Of a stretch of DNA of 64,000 bases, positions 63,336 to 64,000 are shown piece after piece. The position numbers and the translations under genes are program-made. The notes under the pieces were generated by a model. It searched no databases and had not been told where the DNA came from. It worked only from the letters and a program-made list of their open reading frames with translations. Numbering within the stretch: the first letter of the stretch is position 1; each line of letters begins with the position of its first letter. The stretch lies in contig CM059432.1 of assembly GCA_030390025.1 (NCBI GenBank), forward strand, positions 62,250,001 to 62,314,000, written 5' to 3'. This DNA comes from Squalus acanthias. Its lineage: Eukaryota.

Positions 63336-63504
63336 ACTTGAAGGGTAGTTAGGAAGCAGTGGACATTTGTTAGAGGAATTATATCTTGGGGGTGGAGAAT
63401 GTCCCTGTTAGAACCACAACAATTATATGAGCAGCACAAAACAAATTCCTACAAAAATTAGTATGCAGTTTCTAAAATAATGATGAACCCTACTGAGTTT
63501 ATCG

Positions 63505-64000
63505 TAGAATGGTTACTGGCAAGCCTATTCGGCCCGTCGAGCCCATGCCGGCTCTCTGCAAGAGCACTTCAGCGAGTCCCACTCCCCCACTCTATCCCCG
63601 TTGCCCTGCAAATTTCTTTCCTTCAGATACTTATCCAACTCCCTTTTGAAAGCCGTGATTGAATCTGCCTCCACCACCCTTTCAGGCAGTGCATTCCAGA
63701 ACTTAACCACTCGCTCTATAAAAAAGTTTTTTCTTACGTTGCCTTTGGTTCTTTTGCCAATCACCTTAAATCTGTGTCCTCTGGTTCTCAAACCTTCTGC
63801 CAATGGGAACAGTTTCCCTCTATCTACTCTGTCCAGACCCCTCATGATTTTGAAAACCTCTATCAAATCTCCTTTCAATCTTCTCTGCTCCAAGAAGAAC
63901 AACTCCAGCTACTCCAGTCTATCAACGTAACTGCAGTCCCTCATTCCCGGAATCATTCTCGTAAGTCTTTTCTGCACCCTCTCTAAGGCCTTCACATCCT
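63505..64000 (-). mobile_element. CR1 3' end (continues beyond window)
   Basis: LEQRRLKGDLIEVFKIMRG...WNALPERVVEADS. Confidence 0.85.

Overview
Vertebrate genomic DNA, most likely from a cartilaginous fish (inferred from the SacSINE1/DeuSINE-like SINEs, the abundant CR1/L2 LINEs and the protein divergence). Two host genes lie tail to tail: the last eight coding exons of SPIDR on + (1598..49877; all internal GT-AG junctions keep the frame) and the intronless CEBPD on - (57470..56583), which has a compact TATA/CRE/CCAAT/GC-box/STAT promoter. The SPIDR introns and the intergenic DNA are dense with transposons. The main element is a full-length 4.2-kb PIF/Harbinger transposon (17717..21902) carrying a spliced Myb/SANT gene and a convergent, lightly mutated DDE transposase. 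Two shorter elements with the same TIRs, a second Harbinger relic, TA-flanked Tc1/pogo-type MITEs (one with a 72-bp tandem array), hAT-type MITEs with 8-bp TSDs, a Tigger relic and nested CR1/L2/RTE LINEs and SINEs are also present. Other notable items are a minimal hammerhead-ribozyme-like motif (22001..22032, -) and a local duplication containing a 31-bp micro-inversion. All family assignments come from motif recognition by eye, not database searches, and LINE/SINE boundaries are approximate.
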